Source: Cyanobacteria bacterium UBA6984
GTDB taxonomy: Bacteria; Cyanobacteriota; Vampirovibrionia; Gastranaerophilales; Gastranaerophilaceae
Assembly (NCBI GenBank): GCA_002450015.1
Contig: DJYG01000037.1
Span: forward strand, 3,149-67,148
Length of the DNA stretch: 64,000 nucleotides
Direction of reading: 5' to 3'
Shown here piece by piece: positions 9,716 to 19,410 of the stretch (position 1 is the stretch's first letter; every line of letters starts with the position of its first letter). The position numbers and the translations under genes are program-made. The notes beneath the pieces are model-generated. The model made no database searches. It was not told the origin of the DNA and saw only the letters and a list, made by a program, of their open reading frames with translations.

Positions 9716-11264
9716 AAAATGTTTGACCTTAATTTTGTTTATTTTTGTGATGGCACAAATTTCTTTTGCCAAAGAAACTGAAAGACCTGTTTCTACATAT
9801 AAAGATTTTGAAGCTATGACAATAGATTTGTTAGATTCGTCAATGAAAGAATCCCAAACCTCAATAAATTTTAATATTGCAGTATCAAAAATAGAAGCCT
9901 TTAGTGACTTTTTAAGGGCAACTGATAAATTTAAGCAAAGTAATGTAAGTGCTGCTTATGATGATTATAAATATATTTTAGATAATATTAGTGCAAGCGA
10001 CTTTGGTTATACGTTAATGGCAGGTAAACTCGCTGATTATGGATTTTTCTATCTTTCAGATTTAGCTTGCAAAAAAATGTCAGATATAGAAATTACAAAA
10101 AATCATGTAGATAATATTCAAAAATTCTTTTATCCAAAGAAAAGACTTCCTTATAATGAAGAATTGTATCTTGCAGAAGCGTATTCAAATATAATGTTTA
10201 ACGAACAAAGCAAAGAAACAATGGAAGAATTGCAGCAAAACAATGATATGTTAGAAAACTTTGATTATGCTAACTATATATTGGCTTTGGCAGCATTTAA
10301 ATCAAACAATTTGCAGATAGCCAGACAATATATACAAATTGCAGTTGCACAAAATCCTCAAAATCTTAATTACAAAATATTGCAAGCGCAAATATACGCA
10401 AACGGAATGCGTCCGCAAGATGCAATAAAAGTTGTTAATCAAATAAAAAAAGAAGACTTAACCGAAGCCGAGCTTCAAAGGCGTGTAAAATCAATCGAAC
10501 AATATGTTTTGTATAAAAATTCAAAAAAAGATTGGGAAAAAAATTATCATTTGGGAAATTATTATTTTTATGAAGGTGATTATAATAAATCCGTAAAAGT
10601 TTTGCAAAGCGCATTAGGTAAAAATAAATCTTACGATGCAAAAATTAATGCATCTTTAAGTACAATATATCTTTCGATGCAAGAGTATGAAAAAGCAAAA
10701 AATTCAGCCCAAAAAGCATTAAAAAAAGACAGAAATAATGCTGAAGCCAATTTAATTCAAGGTAATCTTAATTATCTCAAAGCTAATTACAAAAAAGCAA
10801 TAAAAAATTATAAAAAAGTTCAAAAAGATAAATCAAAACAGTTAAATGCAGAAGTTAAGATTGCAAAGTCATTGCAAAAACTGGGAGAAGAAAATAAATC
10901 AAAGGCACTTTTTAAAGATGTATTGTCAAAATCTTCAACCGAATATGAAGCATATTATAATATCGCGATGTTAGAACCCTATAAACAGCTAACTTATCTG
11001 AAAAAAGCCTTAGCTTTAAATATCATATATGTTGATGCCTGGCTGGGATTAGCAAGATATGAAATTATGAGAGATAATATAAATTTAGCACAGGATTATT
11101 TATCTACTGCATATTATATTGACCAAAATGATTTTAGATATTATTATTATCAAGGGTTGATATATAAAAATAAAGACGATATTCAAACCGCATCCTCATT
11201 CTTTAAAAAATGTTTAAAACTAAATCCAAATTGTATTGAAGCACAGAAAGAATTAAATCTATGA
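9708..11264 (+). CDS. secreted/periplasmic TPR-repeat protein
   Basis: Signal-peptide-like N-terminus MIKKCLTLILFIFVMAQISFA. Repeated TPR-like A/Y/L patterns throughout. The start overlaps the upstream stop (ATGATTAA). Confidence 0.8.
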   Translation: MIKKCLTLILFIFVMAQISFAKETERPVSTYKDFEAMTIDLLDSSMKESQTSINFNIAVSKIEAFSDFLRATDKFKQSNVSAAYDDYKYILDNISASDFGYTLMAGKLADYGFFYLSDLACKKMSDIEITKNHVDNIQKFFYPKKRLPYNEELYLAEAYSNIMFNEQSKETMEELQQNNDMLENFDYANYILALAAFKSNNLQIARQYIQIAVAQNPQNLNYKILQAQIYANGMRPQDAIKVVNQIKKEDLTEAELQRRVKSIEQYVLYKNSKKDWEKNYHLGNYYFYEGDYNKSVKVLQSALGKNKSYDAKINASLSTIYLSMQEYEKAKNSAQKALKKDRNNAEANLIQGNLNYLKANYKKAIKNYKKVQKDKSKQLNAEVKIAKSLQKLGEENKSKALFKDVLSKSSTEYEAYYNIAMLEPYKQLTYLKKALALNIIYVDAWLGLARYEIMRDNINLAQDYLSTAYYIDQNDFRYYYYQGLIYKNKDDIQTASSFFKKCLKLNPNCIEAQKELNL

Positions 11265-11917
11265 CAAATGAAAAAAATAATCTTTTAATCATAGAAGACC
11301 ATGAATTGACCAGATTTGCACTAAAAACTGCATTTGATGGTGCAGAGTTCGTTGCGAATCTTTATGAAGCAGATTCAGCCGAAAAAGGTATCGAAATATT
11401 TCAAAAAGAGCATATAGATTTGATTATAATGGATTTAGGACTTCCAAATATGAATGGTATTGAAGCTACAAGGACAATTCATTCTCTTAATTCTGATGTG
11501 AAAATTATTATATTGACATCTCATAATGATGAAAAAGAAGTTTTAGAAAGCTTAAAAGCAGGTGCGAATGCATATTGTTCAAAAGAAATTAATCCTCAAA
11601 AACTTATAACCGTAGTTCAATCAGTACTGGATGGTGCTGCTTGGTTTGATCCTGCAATTTCTCATATTGTATTAAAAGCTGCGACAACCCCCCAATCGTA
11701 TGAGGATACACCAAAGAAAACAGATTATAATCTTACTACAAGAGAAATGCAAATACTTAAACTGATAACAGAGGGTTATAGTAATACAGATATTACAAAT
11801 GAGTTATCATTAAGTATAAATACAATAAAAGTTCATGTAGCAAGCATTTTACAAAAATTAGAAGTAAATGACCGTTTACAGGCAGCATTGAAAGCAATAA
11901 AAAACAAAATTGTTTAA
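11261..11917 (+). CDS. response regulator, REC + LuxR/NarL-type HTH
   Basis: LLIIEDHELTR, DLIIMDLGLPNMNG, C-terminal LTTREMQILKLITEGYSNTDITNELSLSINTIKVHV. 4-nt ATGA overlap with the upstream gene. Confidence 0.85.
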   Translation: MTNEKNNLLIIEDHELTRFALKTAFDGAEFVANLYEADSAEKGIEIFQKEHIDLIIMDLGLPNMNGIEATRTIHSLNSDVKIIILTSHNDEKEVLESLKAGANAYCSKEINPQKLITVVQSVLDGAAWFDPAISHIVLKAATTPQSYEDTPKKTDYNLTTREMQILKLITEGYSNTDITNELSLSINTIKVHVASILQKLEVNDRLQAALKAIKNKIV

Positions 11918-11933
11918 TAATTAAAAGGTGAAA

Positions 11934-12563
11934 ATGGCAGAATTGGCGAAAATTTTAATAGTTGATGATAATCCAAAATATTTGGCTGATGCGCTTCCTA
12001 TGTACGGATACGAAGTTTCTGTTGCAACTGATGGTATTCAAGCTTTAAAAATTTTGTCAAAGAGTCCAGATAGTATAAATTTAGTTTTGCTGGATGTGAT
12101 GATGCCGAATATGAACGGATGGGATACTTTAAAAGCTATTCGCTCAAACGAAAAAACAAAAACATTACCTGTAATTATGATTACTGCTGTTAGCGAGGAA
12201 CAAAAAATAGTTTCAGGATTAAAAATAGGTGCTGATGATTATATTGTAAAACCTTTCGTCTTGCCTAATTTGTTAGCAAGAATCGAAGCTGTTTTAAGAC
12301 GTTCTAATTGGAATAAGAAAGAAGTAAAATCAGTAGATATTTCTTTTACTTCAGATGAACCTGTTGAAATGTTAACTCAACGAGAAAAAGAAGTTCTTTC
12401 TCTCGTTGCAAAAGGGGCAAGTAATCATGATATTGCAGAAAAATTATTTTTAAAAGAAGTTACTGTAAAAACACATCTGAATAGTATTTTTAAAAAACTA
12501 AAAGTATCAAACAGAACACAAGCTGTACTGTTGGGTATGCAAATGAATTTAATTAACGAATAA
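11934..12563 (+). CDS. response regulator, REC + LuxR-type HTH
   Basis: ILIVDDNPKY, LVLLDVMMPNMNGWD, DDYIVKPF, LTQREKEVLSLVAKGASNHDIAEKLFLKEVTVKTHL. ATG 11934 is preferred over the track GTG 11928 because AAGGTG lies just upstream. Confidence 0.85.
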   Translation: MAELAKILIVDDNPKYLADALPMYGYEVSVATDGIQALKILSKSPDSINLVLLDVMMPNMNGWDTLKAIRSNEKTKTLPVIMITAVSEEQKIVSGLKIGADDYIVKPFVLPNLLARIEAVLRRSNWNKKEVKSVDISFTSDEPVEMLTQREKEVLSLVAKGASNHDIAEKLFLKEVTVKTHLNSIFKKLKVSNRTQAVLLGMQMNLINE

Positions 12564-12587
12564 CAAATAAGGAGACATCAAAAACAA

Positions 12588-13118
12588 ATGAGCAATTACA
12601 CAAAAGACGAATTAGTTACTTTAGTGCAAGAAAATCCTGAGGAATTTAACAGATGGAAACAAGACCAAGAAGAAGTTGATTTGAGTGAAGTTGATTTTTC
12701 AAATATAGTATTGACCGGTGTTGATTTTACCGATGTTGATTTGAATTCAAGTTCTTTTGCGGATTCACATTTAACAGAAGTAAAATTTCAAAATTGTGAC
12801 TTGACTTCAGTCGATTTTACTCGTTCAAATCTTGTAGAGTGTGATTTTACCGATGCAATTTTACCAGGGGCAGATTTTTCTTATGCCGCTGTTAATTATT
12901 GTAATTTTAATGATGCAGATATGGCAGGCTGTATTTTTGAGGAAAGTGATTTATCAAATTCTGATTTTTCAACTTCGGTAAATATGAGCGCTTGTCGTTT
13001 TGATGAAGAAACTGTATGGCCGGAGCAAGACATGTTACCGGAAGATTTTGATGCAACTTACAATGACGATTTGTCTTCATTAAAAGATGATGAAGATTCA
13101 GCACCTTCCGATTACTAA
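12588..13118 (+). CDS. pentapeptide-repeat protein with acidic C-terminal tail
   Basis: Tandem A(D/N)LXX-type pentapeptides: VDFSNIVLTGVDFTDVDLNSSSFADSHLTEVKFQNCDLTSVDFTRSNLVECDFTDA... Confidence 0.85.
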   Translation: MSNYTKDELVTLVQENPEEFNRWKQDQEEVDLSEVDFSNIVLTGVDFTDVDLNSSSFADSHLTEVKFQNCDLTSVDFTRSNLVECDFTDAILPGADFSYAAVNYCNFNDADMAGCIFEESDLSNSDFSTSVNMSACRFDEETVWPEQDMLPEDFDATYNDDLSSLKDDEDSAPSDY

Positions 13119-13119
13119 T

Positions 13120-13878
13120 ATGCCGCATTTTTTTATTAATACAAAAAATATAGACAATGACCTTGTAACTATTGATGATAAAGAAAATTATCAGCATATT
13201 GCAAGGTCTTTGCGTGCTAAAATAGGCGAAAATCTTAAATTAATAGATGAAAATAGAATTCAATATCTGGGTAAAATTATTAATATAGATAAAGGTTCAA
13301 TAAAGCTTCAAATTGAAAAAAAATACCCATCCGAAAACGATTTGAAATTTGATTTATATTTAGCGCAATCACCTCTTAGAAGTGATTGTCAATCTTTTGT
13401 TATTGAAAAGGCCACAGAACTTGGTGTTAGAGGAATTTATCCTGTATATACAGACAATTGTGCAGTTTCAAAAACAGTTATTGAAAAGAAAATTGAAAAA
13501 TGGCAGCGTATAATGCAAGAAGCTTCTAAACAATGCGAAAGAGCAGATGTACCTGAGTGCTATGAATTAACAACAATAGAGGCTCTTTTAAATTCTTCAG
13601 ATAAATTTACTCGTATAATTGCATTTTGTGAGCGAGATTATAAACTTTCAATGAAGGTGTATTTTAGAGAAAATCCTATAAATAAAGAAGAAAAAATCCT
13701 AGTATTTGTTGGACCGGAGGGTGGATTTTCAAAGCGGGAGTTTGAAATATTTAAGAATAATGATATTATAATGTTATCATTGGGTAATTTGATTCTTAGA
13801 GCAGAAACGGCTGTTATTGTCGGACTTGGAAATATTATTTATGAATTCTCAAATAACAAAGAAAATACTGGAAGATAA
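13120..13878 (+). CDS. rsmE: 16S rRNA (uracil1498-N3)-methyltransferase RsmE
   Basis: Typical MPHFFI start one base after the upstream stop. SPOUT C-terminal block VFVGPEGGFSKREFE...LGNLILRAETA. Confidence 0.8.
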   Translation: MPHFFINTKNIDNDLVTIDDKENYQHIARSLRAKIGENLKLIDENRIQYLGKIINIDKGSIKLQIEKKYPSENDLKFDLYLAQSPLRSDCQSFVIEKATELGVRGIYPVYTDNCAVSKTVIEKKIEKWQRIMQEASKQCERADVPECYELTTIEALLNSSDKFTRIIAFCERDYKLSMKVYFRENPINKEEKILVFVGPEGGFSKREFEIFKNNDIIMLSLGNLILRAETAVIVGLGNIIYEFSNNKENTGR

Positions 13879-15259
13879 TGTTGTCAAACAAATATCTTTA
13901 TTTGCAGGTAAAACAAGAGTTTTACTTGTTGGAGGGGTAATCAGAGATTACAGTCTTGGTAAAAATAATTTTGACAAAGATATTATTGTAATTAATGAAG
14001 ATGCACAAAAATTTGCAAAGTATCTTGCAGAAAAATTAGATGCGGCTTTTGTTGTACTTGATGAATTAAATAATATTTATCGTCTCGTCTTGAAGGATAA
14101 AATAAATTTTATTGATATAACTAATCCTATTGAAAATGATTTGCAAAAAGATTTAGCGCGCCGTGATTTAAGAATGAATGCAATAGCATTTGATTTAAAA
14201 GATAATAAATTTATTGATTTATTTAACGGTTTTGAAGATATAAAAAATTCACAGATTAACATAATTTCAGAAAAAAATCTTGCAGATGATGCGCTAAGAT
14301 TACTTAGAATTTTTAGATTTCAAGCAACCACAGGATTTGAAATAAATAATAATTTAAAAGAAATTATTAAAAGGTATTGCAAATTAATAAATAATCCATC
14401 AAAAGAACGTGTTCAGTATGAGTTAATGAAGCTTTTTGACGGGGATTATACTGTAAAAGCTATTAAAAATATGGATGAATGCGGTATATTATGTGAAATA
14501 TTACCTATTTTTAATGATGTAAAAAAAGTTCCGCCAAATACTCATCATCATTTGCCACTGATAGGACATTCAATAGAAACGGTAAATCAAATTCAAAATT
14601 TTTATAAAATTGCAAATAAAGACGTTAAAGAACATTTAAATTCGGTTGATTTTGGTGGTTTTAGAAGACTTGCACATTTAAAACTTGCCGGTTTTATGCA
14701 TGATATAGGAAAATTCAGTTGTTGGACAATAGAAAAAGATACAGGACGTCATAGATTTATTAAGCACGAATATATAGGAGCGGAGTTATGTCCTGAAATT
14801 TTGCGGAATTTAAAATTTTCAAAAAAGCAAATTGAATATATTGCTGACATGATTAAGTATCACATATACCCATCACATGTTATTGCCACAGAAGGATTAA
14901 GCGATAAAGTTAAATTAAGATATATAAGAAAAATGAATGCAAATGTGATTGATAATATTATTTTGGCTATGTCTGACAGACTATCAGCCAGAGGTGAAGC
15001 AGTCACTGAAGAAATGGTTAAAAAAAATATATCAGGTTTGCAAGAATTGCTTGGTTTTTATCTTAAGATTAAAGATACTTTAAAACCATTACCGAAATTG
15101 TTATCAGGTGAAGAAATAATTGATATTACAGGTCTTAAGCCGTCTAAACAATTGGGTATTCTTATAGATGCCTTGCAAGAAGAACAGTTTAGCGGGAATA
15201 TTAATACAAAACTTGAGGCAATTGAATTTATTAAAAATTATTATGTAAACATTAAATAA
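13841..15259 (+). CDS. cca: CCA-adding tRNA nucleotidyltransferase / poly(A) polymerase family protein with HD domain
   Basis: Head domain LVGGVIRD, RRDLRMNAIAF, LRLLRIFRF. HD block FMHDIGK. Start taken at ATG 13841 (MNSQ...), giving a 38-nt overlap with rsmE. Confidence 0.8.
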   Translation: MNSQITKKILEDNVVKQISLFAGKTRVLLVGGVIRDYSLGKNNFDKDIIVINEDAQKFAKYLAEKLDAAFVVLDELNNIYRLVLKDKINFIDITNPIENDLQKDLARRDLRMNAIAFDLKDNKFIDLFNGFEDIKNSQINIISEKNLADDALRLLRIFRFQATTGFEINNNLKEIIKRYCKLINNPSKERVQYELMKLFDGDYTVKAIKNMDECGILCEILPIFNDVKKVPPNTHHHLPLIGHSIETVNQIQNFYKIANKDVKEHLNSVDFGGFRRLAHLKLAGFMHDIGKFSCWTIEKDTGRHRFIKHEYIGAELCPEILRNLKFSKKQIEYIADMIKYHIYPSHVIATEGLSDKVKLRYIRKMNANVIDNIILAMSDRLSARGEAVTEEMVKKNISGLQELLGFYLKIKDTLKPLPKLLSGEEIIDITGLKPSKQLGILIDALQEEQFSGNINTKLEAIEFIKNYYVNIK

Positions 15260-16526
15260 AAATTGTTTGTTCTCTGTCAGGTCCTACACTTACAATAGAT
15301 ATTGGTACACCTGCCAGTTCTTCAATTCTTTTTAAATACTCTTTGCAGGATTGAGGTAAATCATTATAATTTCTAATATCAGACAATTTAGTTTTCCATC
15401 CTTTATGTGTTTCATAAACTGGTTCTAAGTATTTATGGATAAAAACATTTGTAGGATAATGGTTGTATATTTTTCCGTTTCTTATATCTTTATATGCTGT
15501 ACAAATTTTTATTTCATCAAAATCATCAAATACATCAACTTTCGTGAGCGCAATGGATGTTAAACCGCTTACAAGTGCCGCATATCGTGTAATAACGGCG
15601 TCAAACCAACCGCATCTTCTGGGACGACCTGTTGTCGTGCCGTATTCGTGTCCTATTTCTCTTAGTTTTTTACCTGTTTCGTCAGATAGCTCAGTAATAA
15701 AAGGACCTTCACCAACTCTTGTTAAATATGCTTTTGATACTCCAACAACCTCATTTATCATAGATGGTCCATATCCGCTTCCTGTTGATGCACCACCTGC
15801 AATCGGATTTGAACTGGTTACAAACGGGTATGTACCATAGTCAATATCTAACATTACGCCTTGCGCGCCTTCAAATAAAATAGTTTTGTTTTTGCAAGTG
15901 TATAAAAGTTCTTGCCAGTTTTCGCAAACATAAGGTTCAAAAATTTTTTTATATTTTTTACACAAACCAAGAATTTCTTCTTTCGAATATTCTTTCAGTC
16001 CATATACTTCTTTTAAGATTTTGTTTTTAAGTGGTAAAATAATATCTATTTTTTCTGAAAGCGTTTCTTCATCAAACAAATCACCAACTTTTAAAGCGCA
16101 TCTTGCCATTTTGTCGGTGTATGTTTGTCCGATACCTTTTCTTGTAGAACCTATTTTCCCTTTTTTTATTGTATCTTCAGCCCAACCATCAACTTCTGTA
16201 TGGTAAGGCATTGTGATTGTTGCAAGAGGACTAAGTTTTAAGTTTAATAAATTTATTCCACGCTCTTTTAATTCATTTGTTTCTTGTTCGAAATATTCAG
16301 GTAAAATAACTGTTCCTGCGCCAATAAAGCAAATTTTATTTCCATAGAGAATTCCGGAGGGAACAAGATGAAGTTTATAAGTTTCTCCATTATAAACGAC
16401 TGTGTGACCAGCATTGCAGCCACCTTGATACCTTATAACCATATCTGCTTTTTGCGCAAGTAAATCAGTAATTTTAGCTTTTCCTTCATCACCCCATTGA
16501 GCGCCAACAACAACTGTATTTTTCAT
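15252..16526 (-). CDS. purA: adenylosuccinate synthase
   Basis: GAQWGDEGKAKITD, GGCNAGHT, GTTTGRPRRCGWFD. Confidence 0.95.
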   Translation of the reverse strand: MKNTVVVGAQWGDEGKAKITDLLAQKADMVIRYQGGCNAGHTVVYNGETYKLHLVPSGILYGNKICFIGAGTVILPEYFEQETNELKERGINLLNLKLSPLATITMPYHTEVDGWAEDTIKKGKIGSTRKGIGQTYTDKMARCALKVGDLFDEETLSEKIDIILPLKNKILKEVYGLKEYSKEEILGLCKKYKKIFEPYVCENWQELLYTCKNKTILFEGAQGVMLDIDYGTYPFVTSSNPIAGGASTGSGYGPSMINEVVGVSKAYLTRVGEGPFITELSDETGKKLREIGHEYGTTTGRPRRCGWFDAVITRYAALVSGLTSIALTKVDVFDDFDEIKICTAYKDIRNGKIYNHYPTNVFIHKYLEPVYETHKGWKTKLSDIRNYNDLPQSCKEYLKRIEELAGVPISIVSVGPDREQTIFI

Positions 16527-16531
16527 TATAT

Positions 16532-17524
16532 TTATCCTTTTAATTTTTTTATCAGTTCAGGTAAAATTTCAAAAACGTCACCTATAATACCAACATCTGC
16601 AACTTTAAATATTGGTGCATTTTTATCTTTATTTATTGCAATAATTTTCTCAGAGCTGCTCATTCCTACTGTGTGTTGAATAGCACCTGAAATACCGCAT
16701 GCTATATAAATTTTTGGTACAACCGTTTTTCCTGTTTGACCTATTTGAACAGAGCTGTCTGCAAGTTTCATATCAACAGCACCTCTTGATGCTCCAACAG
16801 AACCCCCTAGCAATTTTGCAAGTTCTTCCAGTAATTTAAAACCTTCTTTATTTTTCATTCCTTTACCGCCGGCAACAATTATTTCTGCTTCATCTATACG
16901 AACATCAGACAACTGTTTGTTTGGCAAAAATTCAATAAATTCGACCTTTTTATCAACTGTTGACAGGTCAAAGGAAATTTCTTCAAATATAGTATTTTTA
17001 ATAATGCTTGTTTCAGTTTTTTTTAGAACTTTTGGTCTTACGGTTGCCATTTGAGGGTAATTTTTGCACAAAATTGTAGCCATTAGGTTTCCGCCAAATG
17101 TTGGACGTGTTGAAGCTAATTGACCTTTTTCATTTATATCTAAATTTGTACAATCTGCGGTCAAACCTGTATTTAAGGTAGTTGCAACAATAGGAGCAAG
17201 TTCTCTACCTTGTGTTGTTGCGCCGATTAAAAATATTTCAGGTTCAATATTTTTAATTAAATCAACAACTATTTTCGAATAATATTCTATTGAATATTGT
17301 TTTAAATCTTTTGAATTTGCAATATATACTTTATCAAACCCGTTTTTGCTTAAAATATTTTTGTTTTCTTCAAGATTTGTCCCGTCAGTAAATAAAATCG
17401 CACTAACTTCACAATTATCAAGTTTTTTCGATAAATCTTGAGCAGTATTTGCAAGTTCAAGAACAACATTTTGTAAAAAGTCATTTCTATCAGTCTGAGC
17501 ATAAATTAAAATTCCTTTAGCCAT
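16532..17524 (-). CDS. etfA: electron transfer flavoprotein alpha subunit
   Basis: C-terminal FAD-binding block PKIYIACGISGAIQHTVGM. 330 aa. Overlaps etfB by 8 nt. Confidence 0.9.
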   Translation of the reverse strand: MAKGILIYAQTDRNDFLQNVVLELANTAQDLSKKLDNCEVSAILFTDGTNLEENKNILSKNGFDKVYIANSKDLKQYSIEYYSKIVVDLIKNIEPEIFLIGATTQGRELAPIVATTLNTGLTADCTNLDINEKGQLASTRPTFGGNLMATILCKNYPQMATVRPKVLKKTETSIIKNTIFEEISFDLSTVDKKVEFIEFLPNKQLSDVRIDEAEIIVAGGKGMKNKEGFKLLEELAKLLGGSVGASRGAVDMKLADSSVQIGQTGKTVVPKIYIACGISGAIQHTVGMSSSEKIIAINKDKNAPIFKVADVGIIGDVFEILPELIKKLKG

Positions 17525-18296
17525 TTAAAGCCTCCAAAATTTTGTTTATGGCATCATCAGTATTTGTAGGTTCAAAAATATCGCCACATTGTTTTTGTTC
17601 AGGTCTAAATGCTTTGCTTACGTATGTCGGTGAACCTTTAAAACCAACCTGTTCTGCATCAAGACCAATATCTTCAAGTCCATATTTGGGAATATCTGCT
17701 TTCTGTGCAGTTTTAAATCCATCAATTAATGGTCTTCTTGGCTCATAATCACATTTTAACATACATAAAACGGCAGGAAGTTTTACTTTTAAAATTTCCA
17801 TACCGTCTTCTACTTCTTTTTTTACTGTAATTATGTTATTTTTGACAGATAAAATTTCTTTTACATACGTAATGATAGGATAATTTAAGTTAACCGAAAT
17901 AGCGGGACCTGTTTGTGCTGTATCTCCATCAGTTGCAAATTGTCCGCATAAAACCAAATCAACATTTTTAATTTTTTCTTTTATTGCTGCGGCAATAGTT
18001 CTGCCAGTTGCAGCTGTGTCTGCTCCTGCAAATTTTTTATCAGTAATTACAAATCCATCGTTTATGCCAATTGCAATAGATTTTCTGATAATTTCTTCAG
18101 CTTGTGGAGGTCCCATTGTTAACGCAGTAATATTTACGCTTTTAAATTCATCCTTTAATTTTAAAGCTGTTTCTAAAGCATACATGTCAAACGGATTAAT
18201 AATACTTTCTAAACCTTCACGTTGAATAGTATTATTTTCAGTCCATTTTATATCCGCTGTATCAGGGACTTGTTTAACACATACGGCAATATTCAT
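17517..18296 (-). CDS. etfB: electron transfer flavoprotein beta subunit
   Basis: MNIAVCVKQVPDT start and LVLCGQFATDGDTAQTGP motif. Confidence 0.9.
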   Translation of the reverse strand: MNIAVCVKQVPDTADIKWTENNTIQREGLESIINPFDMYALETALKLKDEFKSVNITALTMGPPQAEEIIRKSIAIGINDGFVITDKKFAGADTAATGRTIAAAIKEKIKNVDLVLCGQFATDGDTAQTGPAISVNLNYPIITYVKEILSVKNNIITVKKEVEDGMEILKVKLPAVLCMLKCDYEPRRPLIDGFKTAQKADIPKYGLEDIGLDAEQVGFKGSPTYVSKAFRPEQKQCGDIFEPTNTDDAINKILEALNG

Positions 18297-18301
18297 TTCT
18301 A

Positions 18302-18484
18302 CTACTGTTTCTTAGCTTGTTTAACCTGAACATCTAATGCTGCATTATGTGCTAACATATAGATAGAGCAAATTTTATAACTTTTTAAATACCATGCACA
18401 AGCATCTTGTGTACAAACTTTTTCAAAATCAGCACCTGCTGACATTAGTGGGCAAAATGGTATATTTTTGTCGTTTCCTGCCAT
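18302..18484 (-). CDS. small four-cysteine protein of unknown function
   Basis: 60-aa ORF packed tightly between the reductase (6-nt gap) and etfB (5-nt gap). Cys pattern C-x12-C-x4-C-x9-C. A paralog-like ORF lies at 51786..52004. Confidence 0.45.
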   Translation of the reverse strand: MAGNDKNIPFCPLMSAGADFEKVCTQDACAWYLKSYKICSIYMLAHNAALDVQVKQAKKQ

Positions 18485-18490
18485 AAAACC

Positions 18491-19324
18491 TTATCCTTTC
18501 TTTAATAAGTTGCAGTTTTCATCTCTCTTACGTTCTTGTTCTTTATAAATTTTAGTTCTATTTATAACTTCATCAAAATCAATTTCGTGTGCGTTAAAAT
18601 CAGGTCCGTCAACACAGGCAAATTTAACTTCACCTCCAACTGTTATACGGCAAGCACCACACATGCCTGTTCCGTCAACCATAATAGGATTCATACTTGC
18701 TTCAGTATAAATACCTTTATCCCTTGTTAAGTTAGCAACAGCTCTCATCATAGGCATTGGACCAACTGCAATTGCATAATCAACTTTTTCTTGTCCCATG
18801 ATGCGTTCTAATACTTGGGTTACAAATCCTTTTTCACCAAGTGAACCATCATCTGTTGTGATAAACAGTTCTGTACAAGCATCTTTCATTTTATCTTGCC
18901 AAAAGATTAAATCTTTGTTTCTTGCACCCATTATCATATAAACCTTGTTTCCTGCTTCTTTAAAAGCTTTTGCTATTAAATAACAAGGAGCTGCGCCGTA
19001 TCCGCCTGCAAGGCAAACAACAGTTCCGTATTTTTTGATATGTGTAGGTTGTCCTAATGGTCCAACAAGGTCTGCAAGCTCATCACCTTCGTTTAAAGCT
19101 GCAAGTTGTTTGGTAGAATACCCTACTGCCATAAATACAAGAGTTAAAATTCCATTTTCTTTATCTACGTCAGCTATTGTAAGCGGTACTCTTTCACCAT
19201 CTTCTGTTGCTCTAAAAATAATAAATTGACCGGCTTTTGCATTTCTTACTACAAATGGTGCATCAATTGTTATTTCATATTGATTTGGACAAATTTCTTT
19301 TTTTGTTAATATTTTGTACGGCAT
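18491..19324 (-). CDS. PyrK/NfnA-like (sulfide/dihydroorotate dehydrogenase-like) FAD/NAD(P)-binding 2Fe-2S oxidoreductase subunit
   Basis: GQFIIFR, RVPLTIAD, LAGGYGAAP, C-terminal cluster motif GMCGACRITVGGEVKFACVDGP. Confidence 0.8.
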   Translation of the reverse strand: MPYKILTKKEICPNQYEITIDAPFVVRNAKAGQFIIFRATEDGERVPLTIADVDKENGILTLVFMAVGYSTKQLAALNEGDELADLVGPLGQPTHIKKYGTVVCLAGGYGAAPCYLIAKAFKEAGNKVYMIMGARNKDLIFWQDKMKDACTELFITTDDGSLGEKGFVTQVLERIMGQEKVDYAIAVGPMPMMRAVANLTRDKGIYTEASMNPIMVDGTGMCGACRITVGGEVKFACVDGPDFNAHEIDFDEVINRTKIYKEQERKRDENCNLLKKG

Positions 19325-19410
19325 TTTATACTATCCTATTTAACCTTTTCATTATATCATATTTGTACGTTTATTATATAATTAAAAGTAAAAAATACAA
19401 CAGGTGATGT

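Noticed and set aside
15463-15840. 125-aa plus-strand ORF antisense to purA. Other embedded track ORFs of 60-100 aa are similar, for example 29..325, 7861..8178, 25504..25749, 30054..30344, 36559..36837, 40133..40390 and 52105..52374.
   Set aside because: All lie inside or antisense to strongly supported genes. Their composition is typical of AT-rich out-of-frame reading (I/F/L/K/N-rich) and they have no ribosome-binding sites. I treat them as spurious.
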